Positions 38,398 to 48,441 of a stretch of 64,000 nt of DNA are shown piece after piece (positions within the stretch are counted from its first letter, which is position 1; each line of letters opens with the position of its first letter). The stretch comes from Myxococcota bacterium (GTDB lineage Bacteria; Myxococcota_A; UBA9160; UBA6930). The notes below the pieces were generated by a model that worked only from the letters and a program-made list of their open reading frames with translations, made no database searches and had not been told where the DNA came from. Location of the stretch: NCBI GenBank assembly GCA_965223705.1, contig OZ245015.1:768001-832000 (forward strand). Direction: 5' to 3'. The position numbers and the translations under genes were made by a program.

Positions 38398-41300
38398 GTG
38401 CGCGTTCCTAAGACGTCCTTAGACCGGTGGATTCGAGCCGGGTGGGTGTTGTTTTTCGCCGCGGTCAGCGCCGCGGCGAACGCGGGGCCGGAGTCCGCCC
38501 CGCGGCTCGCCGTCGTCGCGCCGCGTACCCAGTCCGGTTCCGACATTCTGGGTCCCGCTGTCGGGCGTTTCGTGCACCAGGCTCTCGTCGACCGTGGAAT
38601 CGCCACCGTGCCCTTCGAGCAATCGGGGCGCCGAAGCGTCGACGATTCCGCGGAAGCCGTTCGGCTGCTGGCGGAGCGACTCGATGCCGACCAGGTCGTC
38701 CTCGCTACCTGGGGGCGGGTCGAGCGCGCGCCCGTACTCGAGCTCTTCGTGTTCGACGCATCGACGGGCGAGCTCGCCGATCACGTCAGCGCCCGCGCGC
38801 CGCTTTCTCGCCTGGGTGAAACCCTGGTCGACGTAACGACCCTGTTGTGGGGGCCCATGCCCCGGGGCGACAGCGTTCGCGCCCCCGAGCTCTGGGAGCT
38901 CGCGCGCTACGGCCGCGCCGAAGTCTATCTCGCGAACGGACAGCTCCCCGAGGCGTGGCGGGCGCTCGACCGACTCGATTCACCCGTCGTCCGGTCCCTA
39001 CGGGCGGCGATCGATCAAAAGAACGCCCGAGCGGACAACGATCCCAGTCGGCGGTCGCGCTTGGCTACGGCAAGTGGCCGACCGGATCCGGACTGGTCAC
39101 ATATCCGCGCGGGCTTGACGCGCTCACCGGGCCCCGAGCTGCTGCTAGCGGCCGCGGAGGCTGCGAGCGCCCGGCGCGACGTCGACCTGGCCTTGCAACT
39201 GTTCTCTCGCGCCCGGGACGCACTCGGGCGCGCGAGCCGGTCGGGCGACAAACACCATCCCTTGGAGCGCACCGTGTTGGCTGGGCTCGCGCGGAGCCAG
39301 TCGGCCCGCGGCGACCACGCGGCCGCGCGCGAAACCTATTCCCAGTGGGCGGATCGCGATCCCGTCGATCCCACACCTCTCGCCGAAGCTGCGGAGCTTC
39401 CGGAAGACGACGCTCGGAAGGCTGCAACGCGCTGGGTGGCGGCGGCGGACCGCTATCGCCGCGTCTACGAGAGCCGGCTCGCCGAGCGGGCGTACGCGAG
39501 GGCGGTAGAACTCGATCCCGACCGAACCGCAGAGGTCGCATCGAAGTTGGCTTCGATGGCCGCGGATTGGGGTCGGGAGCGCGAAGCCGCTCGGCACTTC
39601 GCGCAAGCTGAAAGACATGGCGGGCTTCCCGCGCCGATGCACGAACTGCGCGGCTACATCGCCTTGGGCCGCAACGAGATCCCTCAGGCGCTGCGTCATT
39701 TTCGCGCGGCCCAATCGATTTCTCCGAAACGCCCAGCGACGCTTGCGGGTCTTGGGCTCGCTCTCGTTGCGGCCGGCGAGAGCGAAGAGGGCGTCGAAAT
39801 CCTCGAGCGGGCGCTGGCCCTGGACCCGACCGAGGGAACCGCGCGGCTGGCCCTCGCGCGTTGGCAGCAGTCCCGAGGAGACAAAGCTCGCGCGAGAAAG
39901 ACGCTCGCAGACGTTCCCCCTGGAACCTCGGAACGCGCCGCCTTGGGCTACGCGCTCGGCGCCATGCTCGCGGAAGAGAGCGACCCCGAGGCGGCGTCGA
40001 CACTGTCTGCCGTAGCTCATGCGTATCGCGGCGACCCGAATTTCCAGAGGGTCTACGCGAAAGCGCTCAACGAAAGCGGCGACGCCGCACTCGCTTCGGA
40101 ACGCAGGCGGCGGGCGGAGACCCTCCGGCGCAGTTCGCTCGCTTCCCGGCAGCAGCCACTGCCGGTCGAAGACTCCCTGCGGCGTTTGGTAGAGAGCTTC
40201 CCTCTCGAGGGTCCGACCGAAGCGAGTCGGCTCCAGCGCGTCGGGTTCATCGGGCTGACCCGTCCCCTGGTCGGCTGGGAGCGGTTGCGCTTTTTCTACG
40301 CGCCTGGAAAGGACCGTTTGGCGCGCCTCGAAGACGAACTCATCGCGGCGCTCGCGAAGCGCTACGACGTCGAGCGGGCCGACCCGCCCGAGGCCTTCGC
40401 CGCCGCCGCCTTGCGGGTGCGCGATTTCAAGACGGGTCTGGTCGACGTCGCCGGCTTGAACCGGCAGATGCGAACCGACGCCGTGTTTACGGCGCGTCTC
40501 GTCGGCCACAGCGGTGCCGGAGGCGGCCTGCTCCTCGAGGCGCGGTTACTTGGCGGCGTCGCACCGGATCACGCCTTTATTCTGACGAACGAAATTCGTC
40601 TCGACCCGGCACAGCTGCCCGGCAGCCAGATCCATATGTTTCCGTTCATTCTGTCGGCGATCGCACTGCTGTGCGCCTTTCTCGGCGCGAGGCGGATTTC
40701 GTGGGACGAGCTCGAGGACGCCTTCAACCGCCGGATCGCCGACGCCGGTTACCACATGCGGATCCGACTCGCGCGCTTGCGGTCCGGTGGGGACCAGGCG
40801 GCTCCGCCCGACGACGAAGAAGACCGTCATCTCGAAGAGCGGCCTGTCGAGTGGACCGCTCTGCCGGAAGACGAAAAAGAGACCGAGCACGAATCAGAAC
40901 GGATCGGCGACCGCTACGTGGTTCTCGGAGAGCTCGGTCGCGGCGGAATGGGCGTTGTGCTGAAAGCGCGCGACGAGCGGCTGCGTCGGATCGTCGCGCT
41001 GAAACAGCTCCGCGAGAACGCGCGCGGAAATCCGGTGGCGAAGCAGCTCTTCCTCCGCGAGGCACGCGCTGCGGCGTCCCTCAATCATCCGAACATCGTC
41101 ACCGTCTACGACGTCGATGAATGGGACGGCGGGATCGTGATCGCGATGGAATATCTCGAGGGCGAGGGCCTCGACGCGATCCTCAAACGAAAAGGCCATC
41201 TGACGCCCGAGGACGCCTCTCGCATCGGCGCCCAAATCTGCAGCGGATTGTCCTACGCCCACGCGCGGGATCTGGTCCACCGCGATGTCAAGACATCGAA

Positions 41301-41700
41301 CCTGTTTCTCACACACAATCGGATCGTGAAGATCATGGATTTCGGGCTCGCGAAGTTCAGTTCGCCCGATCGCCCGGCTCGGGGGGGTCCCGGTGGAACC
41401 CCCTATTTCATGTCGCCCGAGCAGACCCGGGGCGAACCGGTGGATCACCGGTCCGATCTCTACTCGTTTGGTGTGACGCTCTTTCACCTACTGACCGGCC
41501 ACGTACCGTACGGCACGGGCGACATCGCCGAGCAGCACCGCACGGCACCCGTCCCGGACCCGCGGGAGCTCAAGCCGGATATTCCCGAAGCCTTGGTGCG
41601 CCTCATCCGAGCGCTCTTGGCGAAAAGGCCCGAGGATCGGCCCATCGACGCCACTTGGGTCGGCCAGCGGCTGGTTGGCGGCTTCGAGAAGGCTCCGTGA
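38398..41700 (+). CDS. Membrane Ser/Thr protein kinase with N-terminal TPR-like region and C-terminal kinase domain
   Basis: Signal-like N-terminus, TPR-like helices, one TM (FPFILSAIALLCAFLGA), then GRGGMG, VALK, HRDVKTSN, DFG and GTPYFMSPE. Confidence 0.85.
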   Translation: MRVPKTSLDRWIRAGWVLFFAAVSAAANAGPESAPRLAVVAPRTQSGSDILGPAVGRFVHQALVDRGIATVPFEQSGRRSVDDSAEAVRLLAERLDADQVVLATWGRVERAPVLELFVFDASTGELADHVSARAPLSRLGETLVDVTTLLWGPMPRGDSVRAPELWELARYGRAEVYLANGQLPEAWRALDRLDSPVVRSLRAAIDQKNARADNDPSRRSRLATASGRPDPDWSHIRAGLTRSPGPELLLAAAEAASARRDVDLALQLFSRARDALGRASRSGDKHHPLERTVLAGLARSQSARGDHAAARETYSQWADRDPVDPTPLAEAAELPEDDARKAATRWVAAADRYRRVYESRLAERAYARAVELDPDRTAEVASKLASMAADWGREREAARHFAQAERHGGLPAPMHELRGYIALGRNEIPQALRHFRAAQSISPKRPATLAGLGLALVAAGESEEGVEILERALALDPTEGTARLALARWQQSRGDKARARKTLADVPPGTSERAALGYALGAMLAEESDPEAASTLSAVAHAYRGDPNFQRVYAKALNESGDAALASERRRRAETLRRSSLASRQQPLPVEDSLRRLVESFPLEGPTEASRLQRVGFIGLTRPLVGWERLRFFYAPGKDRLARLEDELIAALAKRYDVERADPPEAFAAAALRVRDFKTGLVDVAGLNRQMRTDAVFTARLVGHSGAGGGLLLEARLLGGVAPDHAFILTNEIRLDPAQLPGSQIHMFPFILSAIALLCAFLGARRISWDELEDAFNRRIADAGYHMRIRLARLRSGGDQAAPPDDEEDRHLEERPVEWTALPEDEKETEHESERIGDRYVVLGELGRGGMGVVLKARDERLRRIVALKQLRENARGNPVAKQLFLREARAAASLNHPNIVTVYDVDEWDGGIVIAMEYLEGEGLDAILKRKGHLTPEDASRIGAQICSGLSYAHARDLVHRDVKTSNLFLTHNRIVKIMDFGLAKFSSPDRPARGGPGGTPYFMSPEQTRGEPVDHRSDLYSFGVTLFHLLTGHVPYGTGDIAEQHRTAPVPDPRELKPDIPEALVRLIRALLAKRPEDRPIDATWVGQRLVGGFEKAP

Positions 41701-41911
41701 ACAACGCGAGGGTGGCGCGCGTCAAAAGGGTGAGAAGTCGGCGACTCGCGAAAAAAATCGGTCGACAGGGCCACCCCGTCACCGAAGGGTGTTTCTGGTC
41801 CGCCGCGCGAGAGCTAGTTTTAGAACCTCGATCGTCCGGCCGATGCACACGGTGGAGCGGCGCGAGGCGGTCGAAACGGCCTCGACAAAGGTTCTCGGAG
41901 ATACGCTGGAA

Positions 41912-44815
41912 ATGGCGCAGGAAGTGAGGCCGGAAGCAAGCGGCCACGTCGCGAAAGCGACTGGCGACGAACCCGGAGAGCCCCGGCAAAACGGTGCTGC
42001 AGCGCCCATGACCGCACTGGCCGGGTTCGGTGTGAATGCGGGCGTCGTCGAAGAAATCCGCGAGCGCTACGACGTCGACCCGGAATCGGTCGACGCCAGT
42101 TGGGCCGATCTGTTCGATCGCGAGCCGCCTGCGGCCTCGATCATCCCCACGCCCCGCGCCGAGATCCCGAGTGCCGTAGAGTCCGGGCGCGATGGGTCGA
42201 CCGGCGCAGATCCGCTTCGGGATCCCCAGGTTGCCGACAAACAGGCGCGTTGTCTGCGGCTCATCCACGCGTACCGGGCGCGCGGCCACCGAATCGCCGA
42301 TATCGATCCGCTCGGGGGCCAGAGCAACTACTTCCCGGAGCTCGATCCAGCGCACTACGGGTTCGGTGCCGAAGAACTCGACATATCGATGCTCGCGGGC
42401 GATCTGCCGGGCGGTCCGATTCAGCCGTTGCGACAGATCCTCGACTGCCTGAAAGCGACGTATTGCCGCTCCGTCGGAGTCGAGTTCCTCCACATTCAAG
42501 ATCCGGGGCGCCGCCAATGGCTGCAGCGCCGCATGGAAGAATCGCAGAACGAGACCGAGCTCTCCGCGGAAGATCGCCTACGCGTGCTCGAGAAGCTCTC
42601 GGCAGCAGCGCTGTTCGAGCGTTTCCTCCACACCAAGTTTCTCGGTCAGAAGCGTTTCTCTTTGGAGGGCGCCGAGTCGCTCATACCGTTGCTCGACACG
42701 CTCGTCGAAGAAGCGCCGAGTCACGGCGTGCGCGAACTGGTCGTCGGCATGGCGCATCGCGGGCGCCTCAACGTGCTGTCGAACATTCTCGGAAAGTCGC
42801 TCGAGTCGATTTTTTCGGAGTTCGAAGACATCGAAATCGAAGAAAGCCCGTTCGGCTCGGGGGACGTCAAGTATCACAAGGGCTATTCGAACGATCGCCG
42901 CACCCGGAGCGGAGCGCGCATCCACCTGTCGCTGACGGCCAACCCCTCGCACCTCGAGGCGGTGGATCCCGTCGTCGAAGGTCGCGCGCGTGCGAAGCAG
43001 ATCCGCGCCGGCGATCTCCGCGGCCAAACGATTGTGCCCGTACTCATTCACGGTGACGCCGCGTTTGCCGGTCAGGGGATGGTGAGTGAGACCCTGAACC
43101 TCTCTCATCTCGTCGGTTATTCAACGGGTGGCACGATCCACGTGATCGTCAACAACCAAATCGGTTTCACCACCACGCCGAAAGAAGCGCGGTCGACCCT
43201 CTACTGCACCGACGCTGCAAAGATGATCCAGGCGCCGATCTTTCACGTGAACGGCGACGACCCCGAAGCTGCGGTCCATTGCGTCAAGCTCGCCATGGCG
43301 TACCGGCAGCGGTTCGGAGACGATGTCGTCATCGACATGGTTTGTTATCGGCGCCACGGTCACAACGAAGGCGACGACCCGAGCTTCACCCAACCCCTGC
43401 TGTACGACAAAATCCGCTCGATGGTCCCGGTGCGTCAAAAGTTTACGCAGGATCTGGTCCGCAGCGGCTTGTTGTCGGAAGAGGACGTCAAACGGATCGA
43501 GACCGACCTGGGCGAGCAGCTTCAACAAGCGCTCCAAGTCATCAAGACGCGCCCGCCGGCTCCCGACGAGCCCTACGATCCGCGCGGGCCGTGGACCGGT
43601 TTCTCGCGCGTCGCTCCCGAGAACGATATCTCGACCGGCGTTTCCCTCGAAGTGCTCTCGCAAGTTGCGGACCGCATGGGCACGACACCGACGGATTTCG
43701 ACGTTCATCCCAAGCTCGTCAAGTTGCTCGAGCGGCGACGCAAGGTGATCGGCGAAGACGGGGAAATCGACTGGGCCACCGCAGAAGCGCTCGCGTTTGG
43801 AACCCTCCTTCTCGAGGGCAATCCCGTACGTCTCTCCGGTCAGGACAGTTCACGCGGCACGTTCAGTCAGCGCCATGCCGTGTTCGTCGACCGTCGGACG
43901 GGTGAAGAATACGCGCCGCTCGATCATCTGAGCGATGACCAGGCGCGCTTCGAGGTTTACGACAGTCATCTCTCCGAGGCCGGCGTCTTGGGCTTCGAGT
44001 ATGGCTACAGCCTGGCCGATCCGACCACGTTGACAATTTGGGAAGCTCAGTTCGGCGACTTCGTGAACGGTGCGCAAGTGATCATCGATCAATTCATCAG
44101 CTCGGCGCACGTGAAATGGAAGCGGATGAGCGGGCTGGTCATGCTGCTTCCGCATGGTTACGAAGGTCAGGGCCCCGAGCACTCGAGCGCGCGCCTCGAG
44201 CGATTCCTCCAGATCTGCGCCGAGGACAACCTTCAAGTCGTGAACTGCACGACGCCCGCGCAGTACTTCCATCTGCTGCGGAGGCAGACGCGGCGCAACT
44301 ATCGCGCTCCGCTCGTGGTTGCGACACCCAAGAGTCTTCTGCGTTCGCCGTTGGCCGTGTCGAAGCCGCAAGAGCTCGCGCGGGGTCGCTTCCGTCCCGT
44401 GATCGATGACCCGCGATCCGTCGATCCGGGCGCGGTTCGTCGGGTCGTCATGTGCTGGGGCAAGGTCTACTACGACTTGCTCGCGGCTCAGGAAGCGCGC
44501 CGCGAAGCGCGAGGCTCGGCGGCACCGGATACGGCTCTCATTCGGGTCGAAGAGGTGTATCCCTGGCCTGCCGAAGAGCTTCGCGAGTTGATCTCCCGCT
44601 ACGGGTCCGCTCCCGAAGTCTTCTGGACTCAAGAAGAGCCTGCGAACATGGGCGCCTTCAGCTTCGTCCGCGACCGAATCGAGGAGCTTCTCCTGCCGCA
44701 CCAAAGCCTCCAGTACGCCGGCCGGCGCGCCAGTGCCAGCACAGCGACGGGCTCCCTGCGCATCCATCGCAATGAGCAGGAAGCGCTCGTCAAAGCCACA
44801 TTTGCTGGCTTGTAA
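41912..44815 (+). CDS. sucA: 2-oxoglutarate dehydrogenase E1 component
   Basis: KRFSLEG, GMAHRGRLN, HGDAAFAGQG, WEAQFGDF and PEHSSARLERFLQ; start is ATG 41912 or 42008. Confidence 0.95.
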   Translation: MAQEVRPEASGHVAKATGDEPGEPRQNGAAAPMTALAGFGVNAGVVEEIRERYDVDPESVDASWADLFDREPPAASIIPTPRAEIPSAVESGRDGSTGADPLRDPQVADKQARCLRLIHAYRARGHRIADIDPLGGQSNYFPELDPAHYGFGAEELDISMLAGDLPGGPIQPLRQILDCLKATYCRSVGVEFLHIQDPGRRQWLQRRMEESQNETELSAEDRLRVLEKLSAAALFERFLHTKFLGQKRFSLEGAESLIPLLDTLVEEAPSHGVRELVVGMAHRGRLNVLSNILGKSLESIFSEFEDIEIEESPFGSGDVKYHKGYSNDRRTRSGARIHLSLTANPSHLEAVDPVVEGRARAKQIRAGDLRGQTIVPVLIHGDAAFAGQGMVSETLNLSHLVGYSTGGTIHVIVNNQIGFTTTPKEARSTLYCTDAAKMIQAPIFHVNGDDPEAAVHCVKLAMAYRQRFGDDVVIDMVCYRRHGHNEGDDPSFTQPLLYDKIRSMVPVRQKFTQDLVRSGLLSEEDVKRIETDLGEQLQQALQVIKTRPPAPDEPYDPRGPWTGFSRVAPENDISTGVSLEVLSQVADRMGTTPTDFDVHPKLVKLLERRRKVIGEDGEIDWATAEALAFGTLLLEGNPVRLSGQDSSRGTFSQRHAVFVDRRTGEEYAPLDHLSDDQARFEVYDSHLSEAGVLGFEYGYSLADPTTLTIWEAQFGDFVNGAQVIIDQFISSAHVKWKRMSGLVMLLPHGYEGQGPEHSSARLERFLQICAEDNLQVVNCTTPAQYFHLLRRQTRRNYRAPLVVATPKSLLRSPLAVSKPQELARGRFRPVIDDPRSVDPGAVRRVVMCWGKVYYDLLAAQEARREARGSAAPDTALIRVEEVYPWPAEELRELISRYGSAPEVFWTQEEPANMGAFSFVRDRIEELLLPHQSLQYAGRRASASTATGSLRIHRNEQEALVKATFAGL

Positions 44816-44896
44816 ATTCCGGCGAAACTCTCCGAGCGAGCGCAGCGTATCCCCCGAGCAGGCCGCGGTGACGCCGCGTTCTGAGGAGGCCCTTTG

Positions 44897-45616
44897 ATGG
44901 AACAGCAAACGCACGGCGGCGGCGCCGGAAAGCCTCTGGTGGGCCTCGTCGTCCTGATCGCGGCTGCCCTCGGTTTCTGGGCCGGACAGGGGCAGGCGGG
45001 CGGAGGCTCGAGCGCGGAGAAAATCGCCGAAATCGATCGCAAGATCGTGGCCCTCGCCGACGCGATTGGAGTCGAACTCGATCAGCCTGAAGCCGCCCAG
45101 ATCGAAATCGCGAACTCCCCGAGCCGCGGGCCCGAGGACGCCCCCGTGGTCATGGTGGAGTTCTCCGATTTTGAGTGTCCCTACTGCCTTCGCGCGCACC
45201 CGACGGTGCAACGCGTGCTCGAAGAATACCCGGACGAAGTGAAGCTCGTGTTCAAACACTTCCCGCTCAGTTTTCACAAGAACGCCGTGAACGCGCATCG
45301 CGCGGTGCTCGCTGCAGGCGAACAGGACCGCTTCTGGGAAATGCACGACTTGATCTTCGACTCGATTGACGACCTGAGCGTGGCTCGAATGGTCCAGCAC
45401 GCCGAGACCCTCGGTCTCGACCGCAAGCGCTTCATGGCCTCATTCGAATCCGATCTCGCGCAGGAGACAATCGATCGCGACATGGCAGAAGGCAGGGCGG
45501 CGGGCGTCCGCGGCACTCCGGCCTTTTTCATCAACGGTCGCTACATGGCGGGCGCGCAGCCCTTCGAGGTGTTCAAAGAAGCGATCGACGAAGCGCTCGC
45601 CGAAGCTGCTTCATAG
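44897..45616 (+). CDS. DsbA/thioredoxin-fold membrane-anchored oxidoreductase
   Basis: EFSDFECPYC, KHFPL and GVRGTP motifs; GAGGAGG SD. Confidence 0.88.
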   Translation: MEQQTHGGGAGKPLVGLVVLIAAALGFWAGQGQAGGGSSAEKIAEIDRKIVALADAIGVELDQPEAAQIEIANSPSRGPEDAPVVMVEFSDFECPYCLRAHPTVQRVLEEYPDEVKLVFKHFPLSFHKNAVNAHRAVLAAGEQDRFWEMHDLIFDSIDDLSVARMVQHAETLGLDRKRFMASFESDLAQETIDRDMAEGRAAGVRGTPAFFINGRYMAGAQPFEVFKEAIDEALAEAAS

Positions 45617-47344
45617 GGCGTGCTGAGAGAACGCGGTACCACGCAGGCGATTCCAGACCCCGGCGATTTCAAGCCGGCGCGGTCGAGCGAGTTCGCCCGG
45701 GTGTTCCTCGCCGCGAAGTCCCTCGACCCACGATTCGAGCCCGGCCTGGTCACACTCGGCCTCCAGGGCGTCCAACACTTCCGAGAGTGATTTTTGCCCG
45801 TCGACAAACGCGCGACGCGCCCGATCGATGGCGCATGCCGCGGCGTAAGCCTGGCTCCGGTCGACAAACTGCGGGAACGAAGCAAGCGGGACGCGCCGTT
45901 CTCCGTAGGCGAGCTCATTTCGATCCACGCGCAGCGAGTGGGCGCGGGTGCCGCGGCGCGGAGTGAGCCCGCGAGCGCCCGGGACCCGTGCGGTAAAGAG
46001 AGCTCCGGGAGCTTCGACACGACCTACCGCTTCCGAGGCGTGCTTTGACGCTATCGCGGCGGCATCCGCGCTGCGATCGACCAGCTGGAAGTCGCGCATT
46101 TCGATCACTCGGTCTGCGACCCGGAAGTAGTCGCCGGACGCCCCGGTGACCAGGATGGTCGAGACGCCGAAGTCGTCGAACAGGCTCCGAGCGCGATCGA
46201 CGAACGGCGTGATCGGCTCGTGCGTCGAGGCGATGAGTGCCCGCATCCTCTCGTCGCGAACCATGAAATTCGTCGCGCAGGTGTCTTCGTCCATCAGCAG
46301 CAGGCGGGCGCCCACCTCGAGCGCTTCACTGATCGCCGCCGCCTGGCTCGTACTTCCACTCGCGTTCTCGGTCGCGAACGCGCCGGTTTCCCGGCCGCCG
46401 GGGAGGGATCCGATAAAGGCGCGAATGTCGCACGCTTCGATTCGGCGGCCCTCTTCGGCGCGCACCCAGCACCCGTCCGGACGCGTGATGACACCTTCGC
46501 GACCGTCACCGGGAATGTGTGGGTACACACCCCGCGCAAGCGCTTGCAGGAGCGTGGACTTGCCGTGAAAACCGCCTCCGACGACGAGCGTGACCCCCGC
46601 TGGAATCCCCAAGCCGGCGACCCTTCGTCCGTCGCGGAGCGTGAACTCCCTCCGCAGCGACGGAGGCGCCACCGTCCGCACACAGCCGTCGAGCAACGGT
46701 TCGTCGGTGTCGCCGCTTCGACGCGGGAGGATGGCGCCGTCGGCGACGAAAGCGACGAGGCCAGCCGAAGTCAGTTCGCCGCGAAGTGTTTCTTGATCGA
46801 CGACGCACTGCACGAACGATTGAAGCGCCGGCAACGACCGGCGTGTGTAAGCCAGCGCCTCGATAGCGATCTCGGGAAGCCTGTCGCACAGGAGCGTCGC
46901 GCAGTCGCGACCGAGGATTCTTCTCCCGCGGGCCGGTAGGCCCACCCGAAGCCGGGCTTCGACGAAGTCGTCACCGAGGCGAATCGCGGTTCGGGCGAGG
47001 ACTTCTTGCCCGCCGGCGTCGATGTCGATTCGTCCGCTGTGGCCCGATCCGACCCGCGCTTCGGGGCGATCCCCCAATACCTCGGCAACCCGACGAGCGA
47101 TTGCGTCGGCCAGGGCCACGCGCGAAACGGAGTCCGCCCGGAGTTCGGCGGGGTAGCTCGCCGCGGTTCCCGCGAGTCGGAGACGCACCCGTGAGGGAGC
47201 CGCGAAAGGATCGCCCTGTACGTGATCGATAAACAGCGTGACGACGTCTTCGCCGCTCGAACGCAAGACGTAGGAGCCGCGAAGCCCGCGATATCCACCG
47301 AAGCTTCGGCCGTCCAATTCCGCAAGCTGTTCGCTAAGTCCCAC
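45611..47344 (-). CDS. ABC-class ATPase domain protein (COG3044 type)
   Basis: DHVQGDPFAAPS, GAILPRRSG, GGGFHGKSTLL, ASGSTSQAA and DEDTCATNFM. Confidence 0.88.
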   Translation of the reverse strand: MGLSEQLAELDGRSFGGYRGLRGSYVLRSSGEDVVTLFIDHVQGDPFAAPSRVRLRLAGTAASYPAELRADSVSRVALADAIARRVAEVLGDRPEARVGSGHSGRIDIDAGGQEVLARTAIRLGDDFVEARLRVGLPARGRRILGRDCATLLCDRLPEIAIEALAYTRRSLPALQSFVQCVVDQETLRGELTSAGLVAFVADGAILPRRSGDTDEPLLDGCVRTVAPPSLRREFTLRDGRRVAGLGIPAGVTLVVGGGFHGKSTLLQALARGVYPHIPGDGREGVITRPDGCWVRAEEGRRIEACDIRAFIGSLPGGRETGAFATENASGSTSQAAAISEALEVGARLLLMDEDTCATNFMVRDERMRALIASTHEPITPFVDRARSLFDDFGVSTILVTGASGDYFRVADRVIEMRDFQLVDRSADAAAIASKHASEAVGRVEAPGALFTARVPGARGLTPRRGTRAHSLRVDRNELAYGERRVPLASFPQFVDRSQAYAAACAIDRARRAFVDGQKSLSEVLDALEAECDQAGLESWVEGLRGEEHPGELARPRRLEIAGVWNRLRGTAFSQHAL

Positions 47345-47371
47345 AGCGCGTCGAGGGTAGTCGACCGTCGC

Positions 47372-48415
47372 CTACGGGAATAGATCGAGCTGCGCCGCAC
47401 CGAGGCGACGGAAATGGCGGGTCGCCAGCTCGGGTGGCCTTTCGTCCAGCCCGTGCCTGCGCACGGTGTGTTCGAAGCGCGCGGCAATTTCATTGGCAAA
47501 CACACCCCGGCCGCGCTGACGCGTAGCCCATTCGGCGTTGTAGAGGTTCTCCCCGTGCATCTCGCGCAGGCGCCGGAGAACTTTGTCGCGACGGTCGGGG
47601 CGATGCCTTTCGAGCCAACGTGCAAACAGCTCGCGGAGGCCGTGCGGCAGGCGCAACATCACGTAGCGCGCCCACTGCGCACCGGAAGCCTTCGCTTTGT
47701 CGAGGAGCGGGGCGATCTCGTGATCCGTGAGGCCGGGGATCATGGGGGCCATCATGACGCCGACCGGAACACCGGCCTCGACAAGAGCGGTGACCGCGGC
47801 GAAACGACGATCGGAAGTCGACGCACGCGGTTCCATCACGCGTTGGAGATCTCGATCGAGTGTCGTGATCGAGATCGCGACGGACACGAGGTCGAGACGG
47901 GCCAGATCCGAGAGAATATCGAGATCCCGCGTGATCAGCGCGCTCTTCGTGACGATCGTGACCGGGTTTCGGTACGCGCTGAACACGCGCAACAGCTGGC
48001 GCGTAATCTTGAGTTTCTGTTCGGTGGGTTGGTAGGCATCGGTGACTCCCGACAATGCGATCACGCGCGGCCGATAGCCCGCTCGAGAAAACGCCCGCTC
48101 GAGGCGCGCCGGTGCGTCTTCCTTCACGAAGATGTGGGTTTCGAAATCGAGACCCGCCGAGAAGCCCAGGTATTCGTGCGTGGGCCTCGCGTAGCAGTAG
48201 CTGCACCCGTGCTCGCAGCCGCGATAGGGGTTGATGCTCGTTGTGAACCCGAGGTCCGGGCTGTCATTTTTCGAGAGCAACTCGCGCGTATTGTCGCGGT
48301 GAAGCTTCGTCTTGACGCCGCGGTCGAGTGCTTCGAACGGCTCGTAAGTCCGCGTTTCAAAACGGCCGGCCGGGTTGGCCACGGCGCCTCGAGCGGGGGG
48401 TCGCGGGCGTTTCAC
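47372..48415 (-). CDS. PA0069/Rv2578c family radical SAM protein
   Basis: SINPYRGCEHGCSYCYARPTH (CxxxCxxC) and TDAYQP.E motifs. Confidence 0.9.
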   Translation of the reverse strand: MKRPRPPARGAVANPAGRFETRTYEPFEALDRGVKTKLHRDNTRELLSKNDSPDLGFTTSINPYRGCEHGCSYCYARPTHEYLGFSAGLDFETHIFVKEDAPARLERAFSRAGYRPRVIALSGVTDAYQPTEQKLKITRQLLRVFSAYRNPVTIVTKSALITRDLDILSDLARLDLVSVAISITTLDRDLQRVMEPRASTSDRRFAAVTALVEAGVPVGVMMAPMIPGLTDHEIAPLLDKAKASGAQWARYVMLRLPHGLRELFARWLERHRPDRRDKVLRRLREMHGENLYNAEWATRQRGRGVFANEIAARFEHTVRRHGLDERPPELATRHFRRLGAAQLDLFP

Positions 48416-48441
48416 GAGGCGAATATAAGGCGAAAGTGAGG

